Origin: Takakia lepidozioides
Taxonomy: Eukaryota > Plantae > Bryophyta
NCBI GenBank assembly: GCA_030704615.1
Contig: CM060731.1
Location: 22,134,001 to 22,198,000, forward strand
DNA length: 64,000 bases
Direction: 5' to 3'
The translations under genes and the position numbers were made by a program. The notes under the pieces were generated by a model. The model searched no databases. It was given only the letters and a program-made list of their open reading frames with translations, and was not told the origin of the DNA. Below are positions 1 through 12,800 of the stretch, piece after piece. The first letter of the stretch is position 1, and each line of letters opens with the position of its first letter.

Positions 1-35
1 ATATTAATGCATCCGGCCGAACTACGACGATCCTT

Positions 36-905
36 TCAATGCGACAAGGCGAAAATGAAGACCAATGATGCGATGAAGCTGAGCACCGTGATGCGGATAG
101 AAAGATGCGACTTCGATCTTGTGGTCTCTGATCCATTGAGATATAGCGGGGGCGCAAGCAGTGTGCCTGGTATAATTTCAGCAGGAGGTGCCACTGGAGC
201 TTTCTTCTTGGCTGTCTTCGCAGTTGGAATCCATGGAAGCGGAGCTGCAGTAGGAACAAGAGTCGGTGCTTCCCCAGGAGTTAATCTTACGCCATTGTAG
301 TTATCAGATGTACTCAGCAGCATTGCATTTATACCATGAACAGCAATAGTTCCGTCGGTATAGAGATCAGGATCTATAACATCGGCGTTATCTAGTCCAT
401 ATCGGTCCAATGCAATACTGGTGACCGGGATAGTGAAGCCATCCACAGATGTTGGCAGCCTGGTTCCCACCTGCAACCGCAACAGGTCTGAAAACGGATA
501 TATCTCGGGCACAATGTAAAACTTCATCAGCTCAACCAAATGGCCCGATCCATTCAAAGTAATCAGAGCCTCGTCAGTGGGAGCGAACAGGGTGATACCC
601 TGATGAATAATTGATCCGTCAGTGTCTATAACTCCCGCGATCGCCCCGTATCGTCGGGTTGCTCGCAAAGCCCCCACCACCTCTTCATGCAACGTCTGTT
701 GCGGTGGTGCCTCTGCTGGTACCGGTGTTGTTGGAGATGAGCTTGAACGTGGTGCTGGCGCTGTTACCGGTGAAGATAAATCTGCTTCCTGCGCTAGGAC
801 TACTGCGTACGCCGTAATGTAGATGTAGAGCGATGCAAAGCACAGGAAGTCTCTGATGACTGCTTTCTTTCCAGTCGACCTGTGAATCGAGAATCGACCT
901 GCCAT
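36..905 (-). CDS. Fasciclin-like arabinogalactan protein (single FAS1 domain, probable GPI anchor)
   Basis: Signal-like hydrophobic N-terminus, Pro/Ala/Ser/Thr-rich AGP segments, FAS1 motifs TLFAPTDEA and DPDLYTDGTIAVHGINAML, hydrophobic C-terminus. First ATG at 905; the ORF track starts at a TTG at 941. Confidence 0.9.
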   Translation of the reverse strand: MAGRFSIHRSTGKKAVIRDFLCFASLYIYITAYAVVLAQEADLSSPVTAPAPRSSSSPTTPVPAEAPPQQTLHEEVVGALRATRRYGAIAGVIDTDGSIIHQGITLFAPTDEALITLNGSGHLVELMKFYIVPEIYPFSDLLRLQVGTRLPTSVDGFTIPVTSIALDRYGLDNADVIDPDLYTDGTIAVHGINAMLLSTSDNYNGVRLTPGEAPTLVPTAAPLPWIPTAKTAKKKAPVAPPAEIIPGTLLAPPLYLNGSETTRSKSHLSIRITVLSFIASLVFIFALSH

Positions 906-1645
906 GATCCTTCTGGCCTCAGGCCGATATGTTGGTCCCAAGGCTTAATATTAAGCCTTTGGAGCCAGAAGTGACGCAATTCAAACAGAAGTCTACCGTA
1001 CGAACAGTTATCGGGCCTGATCAAAGTTCTGAACAACCTCGATAATTATACCTGAAGGTACCCTCACCTGAACAACAATCCACAGTAAAACCTCATTGTT
1101 TTAGAGAACGAGGATAACAACAAAGCTTCTGGCGGCAAGAAAGTACTTAATACATCTGCGGGAATGGAAGGAGGAATGGACCAAATGTCTAGAGCAAGCA
1201 ACGTCTTCAGTATACTCGAATTTCCAGATCTCTCTAACCTGTGGAAAACCCTACAATAATCTACATAAAAGAAACAGGCCAGAAATCGAATTCGGCGGCT
1301 TTGAAACATTAGTCTAGCCCAAAAGACGGATCATCAAATGCCGCGTGCCAACTTGAAGGGAGCCAAAGATTACGAGAATATACCAAAAGACGCGAACGAC
1401 AAAGCTGCAGGGAAGCCAAAGTAGAAAAGCAACGTCTCCCAGAGAAACACACGCGATGGGCTCACGGCTCTCTTCTTTGCTTTGGAAAGCAGGAGCGGGA
1501 GAGACAGATGATGCTGCTGATGCTGCTGATGATGGTCGCATGTGCTCATGACCATACATATATCCATACCATGAATGGACGAACACCAATTTTTCGAAAT
1601 TTTGCTCTTGAGTTTGTATCTGAGTACAAATACGTTTAACACCAA

Positions 1646-1890
1646 CGGTCAGTAGCTCAGTTGGTTAGTGCACTGAGTGTCACCCAGATGATTCTGGGGT
1701 CAAATCCTGCTACTTGACAGGTGTGGTTCCCCCCCTTCCCTGGGCGGTGTCCTATTTCTCAGCCTCCATGGCGTGGTTACTGTGAAAGAGGTTATTTTCT
1801 CCTCTCACTGTATTAAGGGGCATGATTTATGAGCTGTCGCTGCCAGGTGTTTCACTTTTTTTTTAAACAAATAAATAAAAAAGATAAAAA
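1646..1890 (+). mobile_element. tRNA-derived SINE
   Basis: A-box TAGCTCAGTTGG, B-box-like GGGTCAAATCC and A-rich tail. The 3' part (GAAAG.GG...AAGGG.C.TGA.TT.TGAGC.GTC.CT.CCAGGT) matches the copy at 38311. Confidence 0.7.
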
Positions 1891-3027
1891 CAATATTTAA
1901 CTTAATTATGATTCAGAGAATTCTAATATAATATATATTCTAATTGTTTTTGAATTGTTTTATAAAAAGACATATATATACCTGGAATATATTTGATATA
2001 TATTGGTGTATATTTTGATAATATTCTGATTCATCTACGATATCAGCAAGACACAGTAATAAGTTAGGTTCAATCTTTCCGGATTTTTTCGTTAAATTTA
2101 ATGAACTTTTCCCCTCTTGAAAAAAAGTAATAATAAGGGAGAAAAACAAAGAAAAACAGGTTATCTAGTTATCTCCTGTCATAAGACTTTTTGTTTTTTA
2201 CTTCTTAATTTTCCTTTAAAAATAAAATTCAATAAATTCTCTTTCAAACAGATTTAGTCTGTTTTTGTGTTTGATTTTGCAAAAATATTATGTGTTTTAA
2301 AGTTTATTTATTATTAGCTTCAAATGTAAAAAAAAAGGGTCAGTGCATGTGTACCATGGACAGACATGGCTGAAGCCATAAGCATGAGCACATGGGATGA
2401 TGTGATGGAGAGTGCTGGCGAGCGTTGGTATAGAAAGGAGCGGGGTCGGCAGCGCGCCATTGTTGCTCTGTCAAGCTTTGTGGTCGTTGTGTTTTTCTCT
2501 CAGGGATTGTGGCGCTCTGTGGCTTCCATGCAGCGATCGTGTATGCCTCTGCTGTGTGCACTCAACTATAGTTTCTGAGGCATTCCGCTCTTGATTGGGT
2601 GCAATTGTCTGAAACATACGGTAAAGATTTCTGCCGACCTCTTCCCTTTGCTGCCCGAAAATGCATTCTGACTGGTACGTCTTATCTTGCTATATGTTTC
2701 GACATACCGAGTGCTGTCCAGCCATGATTATTTTGCAACTCACTTCTTAACAGACTTCTTGAGCAGCTTTTTTGGAGTTCTTGCATTAACCTCTTCCTCG
2801 AAGAGATATATTGATAAGTTTTCTAGTATTATGTTGGATTGCGGGGAATTCCCTCCTACTATGCCTGCATCTAGGTAAGTACTGTTTTCTGAACACCACT
2901 ATAGGGAAAAAGTGTCCCGGGTCTTTCTTATATTCCTGTATCGCCTTGCGGACACACGCTGCGGTTATAAACACTGTTCATTTGTTGATTTGGTATAGGT
3001 ACACATAGTATTCGGAGCCTTACTGCG

Positions 3028-3960
3028 ATGGCAGATCTTCTTGGAGGCCGAGGAGAGTGGAGACGTGTGCGCATTGCGATGACCGTAATGCTCTGTGTGT
3101 TTACGCTGCTTTCAAGTAATTGTGCAGCCTGGACGGCAGAGTCTCCAGGGGAAAATCAGGGTGGATCCCCTGTAGCATCTCCTCGCACGGCCGGTTGCAC
3201 GAAAGGCGCAGCACCGAAGGGGCATGTTTGCAAAGCTGGGAAGGCATCGGCTCCGGCGGCGACCGCAAAACCGCCAGTGTCTGATCGTCCTTTTGAGGAT
3301 CCTCTTGTTTGGAGCTTAATCAAAAGCCTTCGAGAGGCTGGGCAGTACGGGGAGATATCAGGCATCATAGACACCCTTAACGGGTCTTTTATCAGGCCTG
3401 GTCTCACGTTGTTTGCTCCAAATGATAACTCTCTTTCTGGAGTGAGATTATCGACGCACGCAGCTACAGCTCTTCTGAGTTTTCATGTGGTCACGCGACA
3501 GCTCAGCTTCTCAGATCTCTCCCAGTTGAATGTCGGGACCAGGCTTCCAACACCTCTTGCCAATATTTCAGTGGTTGTCACCAGTAACTCAGCAGGCGAG
3601 TTTCGGGTGGACAATGCAGCAATAATCACCCCAGATCTCTACAACGATAAGAATATTGCAGTGCATGGAGTTGACTCCATCTTCAATGCATCCGCTTACA
3701 ATATGGTGACCGTGTCTATGGCCCCATCAGCTCATTCTCCTACTGCCCTTGAGATATCACCTGTTCCAGTCCTAAATTCGCCTTCACCTCTGCAGCAGGC
3801 GTCACCACCAGGCCCGGGGGCAGCGCCACCAGGTCCCGCGCCAGGTCCAACGCCGCATTTCAGTGGATCATTGGCAACAGGATCGATGTCAAATCTTTCC
3901 TTTGTCATCATGGTGGTCCAAGCCATCGCAATTTCAATGGTCTTGATTTTCGCCTTGTAG
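3028..3960 (+). CDS. Fasciclin-like arabinogalactan protein, paralog of 36..905
   Basis: Signal peptide, FAS1 motifs TLFAPNDNS and TPDLYNDKNIAVHGVDSIF, Pro-rich tail and hydrophobic GPI signal. Confidence 0.92.
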   Translation: MADLLGGRGEWRRVRIAMTVMLCVFTLLSSNCAAWTAESPGENQGGSPVASPRTAGCTKGAAPKGHVCKAGKASAPAATAKPPVSDRPFEDPLVWSLIKSLREAGQYGEISGIIDTLNGSFIRPGLTLFAPNDNSLSGVRLSTHAATALLSFHVVTRQLSFSDLSQLNVGTRLPTPLANISVVVTSNSAGEFRVDNAAIITPDLYNDKNIAVHGVDSIFNASAYNMVTVSMAPSAHSPTALEISPVPVLNSPSPLQQASPPGPGAAPPGPAPGPTPHFSGSLATGSMSNLSFVIMVVQAIAISMVLIFAL

Positions 3961-6929
3961 CTTTGAAGGTTTTTATGCTAGTGTCATTTTGACCAGAAGG
4001 ATCGGACCATAATTTGGCAGGATGCATATTCCACAGAAACTAGCTATTGTACAGCCTGTATCATTGAAATGCCGCTGTTGATCTGGGAGACAGTACATTG
4101 ATGTCCTAGAGAGTACAGACTACCAAACATTACGAAGCCTAGCTTAATCCGCAGAAGTATAGTTCGTGAACCTCTGGACAGTATTGGCAAGAACGATCTG
4201 TGAGCTTGGATCAGACCATCGTCAGGCCCGGCCGACTAGCAGCTCCAGGTATGAGACACTCCAAGTGAGTAAGTTCTGTAAATCCAAGCAGATAGTCAGA
4301 TCTTCGTGGTAACTACCATCATGCAGATCGCGTAGAGGAGAATCGTCACTAGAGTGAGTTCTTTCCAAGTACTTGGTCCGACTTCCAAATGATTAGAATG
4401 CCTGTCTACGAGCAGGATGTTATGTACCATACTCGTATGCTTGAGGTAGTATGATGTAATAGTGAACATTATTATATTATATCCGGATGACCAAGCTCAG
4501 GTGTTTCTCTAGAGGAAGTTGTAAGTCGACATGAAGTGAATCCAGATCAGTGAGTTTCTGCTACTTGGACAGCTTCCAAATGATTATGCATGTGCAGGAG
4601 CTGCTTTTACATATTTAACGATTTCATATGCTTGCAAGCCAAAGTACACAGTGAACAATTGTTGTATTCGAACGACAGGTTTCGGAGTTTTAAGAACTTC
4701 ACCGTGAATCTGTGGACTATGAGAGTAGGAATTGAGGACTCCCTGAATCTACGAATTGGAGTTCACTCGTTTCCAATGCTCCACTATCCTTACACTTCTG
4801 CTCTCCAACTGATCTTAGGGGTGGGGATCGTTGACTCTTGAGCACTGTTCCATAACGCTTGCAGTAGCTTGGCACTCTTGAAATGTGGTGATCAGCGTCC
4901 ATATTCAGAAACTCTAGAGTCTTAGAAATTCTGTACGTTGAGACTGGTTCCGGCTTCGTCGTCATATATATGAAGCCATTGTTGTATGTGGTTTGGCTTC
5001 ATAGCTACATGCCAATAATTGGGTTCCAAGAAGATTACTTTGTGATAAAGAATTGACAAGCTTGCATTTAAGGTTTGTTGCTATGTTTAATTATGTTTTA
5101 ATATATATATGTATATATATGTGTGTGTATGTAAGAAAACCTTTGCACTTATCGAGACTATTACAATCAATCGAGATGGCTTAAGACATTTTGGGCCTGT
5201 ATTATGAATTAAAACATCAAACAATTGAAGAGTTGGTTGCTCTAGCCTAGGGGCTTATACAACTATATTGAACCTGAATGAATATCACATCAACATCTCT
5301 TTGTTACCATCATTTCAAATCTCTTTGATCCCCTCACCAAATTTCTTTGATGACACATGCAATGGCTGTAAATCAACTTAAACATAGATGTTGGCTCTTT
5401 GAATTCCAACAACCCCTGTACACTCAACAACTTACAAATTGTCATCCTATGAGTGATAGGTGCAGCGGAAGGATCATCGGATGCAATACATGTTGTTACA
5501 TCTAATGTTGTGCTAGAAGCAACCGATTTGTGCAACAAACTACAAAGTTGCAAAACGTTTGCATACCGAACACATTCTCAGGTTGTCGCACCACATAGCA
5601 CGGTACCGCCTCCATCTCAATCACAATCACCACAGGGGCAAACAACAATCATGAAACCATTGCTTGCCCCATCACCCCAAATACAACATCATCAAGACCA
5701 ATGACTTGGGGATGATTATTGCGCATTCATAATCAATGCCTCCATGAATCCCACTAACCTTTGTCCTACTTCTTAGAACATCATCAAATTTTTCATATCA
5801 TGGTCACTCAAAAAGATGAGCACTTATTGCTTCATATTTTCGTTTTTCCTCTTGATACGCATCATTAAGTTTGTCACAGCAATGTCAAAGAACGATGTGA
5901 TGCATTGGAGAACCCTACGCTAAGCCCATTTGCAATGTATGTCCAATCTTTTGCTCTCAAATATCCACGCCTATAATCCCAATACTTCTCTTCCCAAAGA
6001 TCTAACAACAAGAGTGTTGGATCATTTGTGCAAATTTGTGCCGCCTTCTTCTTTGTAATCTAAAATTGTGGCCTTCTCACACCAACAATCACCGACAAAT
6101 AACAATTTTGTATTGAGTGATCACTTTCAGGACCTTCCAACAATACCCTTAACGTTGATTCTTACCTACGTTTAGGTAATGGAACTTGCTTACGTCATGT
6201 TCACTATCAAGCGTGCATAAGCAGGCTAACGTGTAGGCTAATATTTTTATTACATAAAATTGACATTCATTTGGCAGTAAAAAAATATTAATTTATCTTA
6301 TTTTCTCTGGTGAACCCGCTTGCAAGCAGAACGACCAAGTTAGATGGATATCTCTATCAGTGTGCTGAGAGTCACTTTAAATGTTTGCCCGTTGCTCTCA
6401 CGATGATGAGATTACGTTTGCTTCTATCTTTTTTTTTCCATAAACACTATTTTAATTAATTCTGGACTTTTGGCTTAAATCCGGACTAAACTTAATATAT
6501 ATATTGTATTAAAATTAATTGAAATATTAATAATATCATGGTGTAATGTGTGATTAAACTTTGTGAAATTTCAGGTGATGTCATACTTGTTTCAAAATGT
6601 GTCATATAAGAGGTCCATTTGACATTGAAGCGCTCAATGTGAAGTAGCAGTATTGAACAATTCATTGAACGTCCACTTGGAAGTCGAATAAAGTAATATT
6701 CCATTGCAGGATCACGATAAACAAATGGGTCGCATCAAACATGGGCCAGACTCCTACTCTACCATACTGGATACAACTTGCTAGTAATTTTATTGATTGA
6801 ATCTTCATATCAAGCACAATGTTCACATACCACGCCATTGGAATGAATCATGTTTTGGATGTGACAACGGCAGTAAAATATTAGAATAACATGAAACATT
6901 CGGAAGAGGTACTAGGGTAGTACAATAAG

Positions 6930-8545
6930 GTTTGGGGTGTAACTAGATAGAAGTGTAATAAGGTTTGGGTTTACAATAAGGGTAAGGGTTTAGGGTTTGG
7001 ATTTAGGGTACAAAATGACAAACATATATGATGGACTCACACTCGGTAGAATTAAGAAATGGTTGAGGAATTTGATATCCATGTAATCATTCTATCATAC
7101 CTTAACCAACAAAAGAAAATATTAAAAGAGCATGAAACATTGAGAAGATGTAACATGGTAGTACAATAAGGTTTGGAGTGTAACTAGGATAGTACACTAA
7201 AGTTATTGGTTTATGGTAAATTAATGGTTTAAGGGTGATGGTAAAGGTAGGGTTTTCGGTTTGGGTTTAAGAACACTATTGGACAAACAAATATGAAAGA
7301 CTCACAGTCGCTAGAACTTGGTGTGTGTTAGTAGGATAAAAAATAAAATAAAAAATAGAGAAACAAATATTATGGAAGAGTCATTGGGCCGGAGAAGTAT
7401 TTAGATTGAGGATTCGTCCTTGGAACCTGGTATTAAGATACATATGGTTATGGTATTGATACTTCATTCCCATTTGAAGGGGAAGGGTAAGGGTTTAGAC
7501 GTAACAATGGCGTAGGGTTTTGTTTAGGGTTCCCGACGAGGGTTTAGGGTTTGGGTTAAAGGCAGAAATGGTGAGCATACATGCCGGAAGACTCGCACTC
7601 GCTACAACTTAGTGTTGTTAGTAAGGTAGTAAGCAAAATAAAAATGAAGAACCTAATATTATGGAAGTGTAGTCATTGCACCGGACAAGTATTTAAATGA
7701 AAGACTCGTCCTTGGAACTGGTATTAAGATACATAGAAGACAAAGTTCGATAAAAAAGGTAAGTGCGTGTCAATCCAAACCAAAGGCAAAAAACCTTGCG
7801 CAAGGTGAAGGGCGAAGAGATTTGAATAACCATAAATAGTTATGGTTATGGTATGGATACTTCATTCCCATTTGCAGGGGAAGGGTAAGGGTTTAGACGT
7901 AACAATGGCATAGGGTTTTGCTTAGGGTTTTCGACGAGGGTTTAGGGCTTGGGTTGAAGGCAGAAATGGTGAGCATACATGCCGGGAGACTCGCACTCGC
8001 TACAACTTAGTGTGTGTTAGTAGGGTACAAAATGGAAATTTAGATACATTCAAGAGATTTGGATAACTAAAATGGTTATGGTTATGGTATGGATAGTTGA
8101 TTCCCATTTGCAAAGAGAAGGGAAAGGGTTCTGGGATATTGGGTTAAAAGTAAATGTTTAGGGTTTTATAGTAAGGGTTTAGGGTAAGGGTTTAGGGTAA
8201 GGATTTAGGGTTTTTGTTTAAGTTACAAAATAGACAAACACTTATGGAAAACTCCAGACTTCGTTAGAACTTAGTGTTGTTAGTAGGGTACTAGTAAGCA
8301 AAAAAAAAATGAAGAATCTAATATTATGGACAAGTATTTAAATGAAAGACTCGTCGTTGGAACCTGGTATTAAGATGTAACATAGAAAACAAACTGTAAC
8401 ATGCCTAAATGCATGTCAATCCAAAACAAAGGAAAAAGCTAGCGCAAATGTGAATGGAGAAGACATTTCAATAACCATAATGGTTATGGTATGAATGTGA
8501 TAGTTCATGGGCCATTTGCAGAAAAGGGTAAGGGTTAGGGGTTAT
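6930..8545 (+). repeat. Complex tandem repeat region with degenerate plant telomere-like (TTTAGGG) motifs
   Basis: Many TTTAGGG/TAAGGG/TTTGGG units (e.g. 6988-7008, 8157-8210). Near-identical blocks at 7446-7630 and 7845-8025, and at 7680-7820 and 8330-8470. Confidence 0.75.
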
Positions 8546-9339
8546 GCTAACATAAAAAACAAGGTACCAAAAAAAAAGGCATGTCAATCCTAAATCCTAA
8601 ATTGCCCAAAAAAAAAAAAAAAAAAAAAAAATACACACTATGAGATTTGGAAAAAAAAAATGGCGTTATATAACGACTTTTGGGAAGCGTCTGGATCTCA
8701 TGGGAGACAATGGATCTGAAGAAAACATGAGAGAGGATAAAAAGTCAGACCACCAAATAAAAACTAAGAGAAATGAAAATTGCTTAAAATTTGAACAACG
8801 GAAAATGACATGTGAAATTCCCTCTTAAACCAGGGCCAAAGATGAGAAGTATGAAAATAAAATGAAATGAAAATTTGGTGCAGAAAAGTCGTAGAGCTTA
8901 AAGGGAAAATGGAGGAAAACCTCAGAGAAAAAACTTCAGGACTGGCAAATTGAAAAGTATGTCAACAACAATTGAGTAAGGCTCCTCCTAGTGGGAGACT
9001 TCAGTGGGAGAATTGGTTATGCGAAAAGCAAGTCCAATGTTTCAGAGAAGGATTGGAAATGGGCTATTTTCTTTCGTTGTTAAAAACCTCTTTGAGCGAA
9101 TTTGAAAACTCCAGTGGTCGTGCCTGCCATTTTTGTTCTTGTGATCTATATGTTATATAGGCGAAACTCCTCCATAATGTTTTCTTTGTTGACCAGAACG
9201 TACAGCAGACCAGAATCCAGCACACCAGAAACAAAGAACGATAACGTCCACTGGACATTCGAGGTTCAATGCGACATAAAAAGATAACAAAAAGGATCCC
9301 CCAACGCAAATAAGAAAGGCCATATAGAGAAAAAAAAAA

Positions 9340-12300
9340 TTATTTCTTAAATCGAAGTACTGGAGTTGACCTCAACAATATGTCCTTGGTCTGGAACTCG
9401 CTTGCACGACTCGCTTTCTGACTGACGATTAGCCTCCTCCAAATTAGCGTCGCCTTCACTGCTTCGGCGGCAGTAATTCTCTTAGTGCTATTCCTTGTCA
9501 TATTTTTTCGTGGAGGCATTGTCCACACAACATTGTTCACGTGGATCCATTGAGGAGGATCTGACGAGTTATACTCCCAAAGTTTTGACCAACAGTCCCT
9601 GTACCTTTCCAAGTCTGTTGGGTTACCACCTTTTCTCGGTCTCCACCACTCCACCTTCACCTTCTTAAAATTAGGATCTTCCCTTTCGCGGATCACGTCA
9701 GATATTGCCACCCCCATCCAGACCGGGCACGTACTTGGGTCATGAGGGCGAACGAACAAAAAAAAAACCCTTTCTCAATATCCTTGAACGGATTCAAGGA
9801 TATTCTTGGTCGCTCACACCTCGGGCCACAGTAAGGTTCTAGGATTTCATCCTCTTCTTCCACATCTGGCACTATATGTGGATGGATTCCATCTCTGAGA
9901 TGATTCTTGGACCAATTTGTTTTCGGCCAGAATCCCTCAAGAAGATGAATACACTCGGGAGCTTATGGAATTTGCTTATCCAGCTCGGCGAGAATGTTTC
10001 CCCAGTACTGGTCGTATTGTTCCATTCGACCTCTGTAATGATCGTCAAACATCATTTTATTCGTCCAAAAATCCCTGTATTTTTTTATTCCATTTTTAAT
10101 GAATGATTGTTTTTCGGAGGAGTCGTCCCCGACTCCCCAGATATGTCTCATTGGAACGGCGTCTGGGTCTCTTTCAGGGAGCTTGGGAGTCCCGTCAGGA
10201 TTGAACTTCCACATCTTCACGCTATTGTTTGTTGGAAGCCAATCCGAATCAATAGCGGACTTCTTGTACTTCATGACGGGCCAGCCCTCCGCATCCTTAA
10301 AAAAACGGAAGACGTGCATTTCCGAAATCCTGACCAACGCCTCATTTCCATCCAGAATATAGCCCTTGACAAAATTCTTGAAATCGGGAACCTCCTGAAT
10401 AATCTGTGGAATGAACTGCAGATCTTGCGAGGTCATAAATAACCTCATCAAATCCGAAAGAATGTAGGTGCTTCGTTCCTTCGGCTTCTTTGAAAGGTAG
10501 CTGAAGAACCCGTCGATGTTCTCATGGGTGTGTCTGACAATTAGGAACCCCAGCTGGATTTCTTCAAAAACATCTTTGGCGGTCAGGAGGGATAGAAAAG
10601 CAATCATCCATTTGTTCTTATTGTCCTTCGCGAAGTTGTCCATTTGCAAGTACAGTCTTCTCGGAAGTGGACGAGCACCACGTTTGTCTTCCGGCCTGTA
10701 GGGTTTAAGAGCATCCAAACATCTCGATTTACCTCTTAAAAGTGATTCGAAAAACTTGTTTTGAAGTCGGTAATCGAAAATGTTCATAGACTCGCGACAA
10801 GTTGGCTTCTCCAGCTGGCGCAGGTAACGTGCCAAAGAACCAATTGTAAAGTTTGAATTTCCCTTCCAGAACTCAAGAGAATACTGACCGTAAGCTCCAT
10901 CACCGTATCCGTGCGTGACCATTCCCGTTAGTGAAACTGGAAACTGACCCAATCCAGAAATCATCTTGTTTGGAGTCTGGAGCCTTGGAACAGCTGTTTT
11001 TCTAGGATCCATTTTGTCGTGAATAATACAGAGAAACTCCTCCGGAATCATAACAGACTCATTCCTCCAGCTATGGTACAGTCTTCTGCACGACTCTTGG
11101 TGCCTCAATTTGTGTGTCACCTGTTATGCACTTCTCTTGACAAACTTTCTGATCAGGTCCTTTAACATCTCACACTCCGTGCACTTCGCAAATGTGCTCC
11201 CAGTTTTACGAACCTCCACGTTAGGAAATATCCGACTCCGGATGTGGCTAACAGCCGACTGCGAGACTCCTTCCAACCCGAAAAGTTTGTTTGTCTATTA
11301 CAATAAGGCAGGGTCAGGAAAGGAACGTCCACTGGACAATGGAGGTTCATGAAACTAGAACCACAGTCGAAAGAGACAAAATCAAATGGATGATCATCCA
11401 CATTGAATCAGAAAAAACTTCCAGGAAAAAAATTGAAGAATTGAGATTTTATACCTCGTTGGACTCGTCTCGTATTCGCTTCCAGTTCATTTCAGGTGGT
11501 AAGACTCTCAAAGTATCCCTCCTTCCCTCCCCAATGCATCTTGTCTTATGGAGCATGAGGTCAATATTTCCGTTGATAATGGACATAATGTTACCCTCTG
11601 CCTAAAGCGTCCGTGGGCGTGGCATCTTCATTCCACGGTTCCCATGGAGACTTGACAACCAACCATGTTTACTCAATTTTTTGTACTCCATGTATGTGGA
11701 CCTGCCAATTCCATGAATTGTCCACCAAGCAGTCTCACAAACATCTACACCCTCAATCGTAATGTATGCCCTGCGAGAGCTCCCTTCCAGCATGTGAAGT
11801 CGTTTTGAAACATTTAGTCCATGTTCTCTCCTCTCATCGAAAGTGGATCCCCAAAACGAAGTACGGATAGCCAAGGTTTTTTGCCAATCGAAATATTGAC
11901 AGCAATGAAGTCTGCAGCAAGGTTTGCTGCTCACGGACCGAACTTCCTCCAGAGTAAGATTCTTCATTCTTTTTTTGGAATGTTCCAAATCTCGATACTT
12001 CTTCTTCTTCCTCGTAAAATGCCGATACGCCGCTTTCTTCACACCTGCCTCGTGATCTTCGTACAAAATACTGTCAGAAGATATAATAAAATTTTCTAGA
12101 TCATTTGAGAGTAGTCTCCCACTTTCCAAAAGTCGTGTTTTTATTAAAGGTTATTTTACAAGAGACATCAAAGATCCAGATCCTCCCGACAGTATTCTGG
12201 TGACAAGAACTCCAACATCGTCATCTCCCAGTTTGTCATTGAGGATCACCTCGTCCGGAATGTAGGCTTGAATCATCCCCTCGACCAGTGTACCCCCATC

Positions 12301-12800
12301 ATCACCCAACAGTACGCACTGCAAGTTTCTCCAGTTGTTTCTTCCGAGTCCTCCGCTCGGATTCCCGGAACTCTTCGATGGTCTGTGGTTTGATTCATCT
12401 TCGTCGACGTCAGAATTTTCGGCAGTATACCTTGTCTCCGGCGTAAAATCAGGATTCATGTCAAGCCCTCCTTGATACTCGTTATTCTCCGCATGAACTT
12501 CGCCAACATTCCACACCATCGGGGTCCCAATGGCCTCCTTCAAGGTATCAGCATCCATATATCCATAAGGAAGAGGACATAATGAGTGTGCTTCATCACA
12601 TGAGATGAGAACCACTAAAATGGTTGAGGAAGATAATTGGTGTCCATGACAGGTCCCAACCCCGGGACATTAAGGCAATCCCTAGTTGCTACTGGAGATG
12701 AAGACCCGGGAAGAGTAGGAAACACTCTTTGACCCGTCTCTAAGCTCATGATCACCGGAACCTCCACTGCACACGCGAGGTTCAAGAAACTGAAAACCCC
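9340..12800 (-). pseudogene. Sola-like (DUF7869-type) DDE transposase with N-terminal Tnp1/EnSpm-like domain, Cys motifs and a C-terminal beta-barrel (Tudor/BAH-like) domain; disrupted
   Basis: Motifs IIHDKMD, LYLQMDNFAKDNKNKW and LGFLIVRHTHENIDGFFS (DNxxxxNKN and GHTHxxID pattern). Upstream are PCCRLHCC, VCETAWWTIHGI and FAKCTEC. Intron at about 11453-11297. In-frame stops at 12151, 11602 and ~11125; frameshifts near 9963 and 9760. Confidence 0.75.

Noticed and set aside
1646-1720. Functional tRNA gene (also at 38311 and 54880)
   Set aside because: Acceptor and anticodon stems do not pair properly, and the sequence continues into a SINE body with tail or TSD.
5160-6200. Decayed coding-like sequence, possibly a TE accessory gene
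   Set aside because: Too degenerate to assign.
6667-6690. Additional palindrome A copy GAACGTCCACTTGGAAGTCGA
   Set aside because: Only the left arm matches well, so it was not counted. It may hint that the element extends left to about 6.5 kb.
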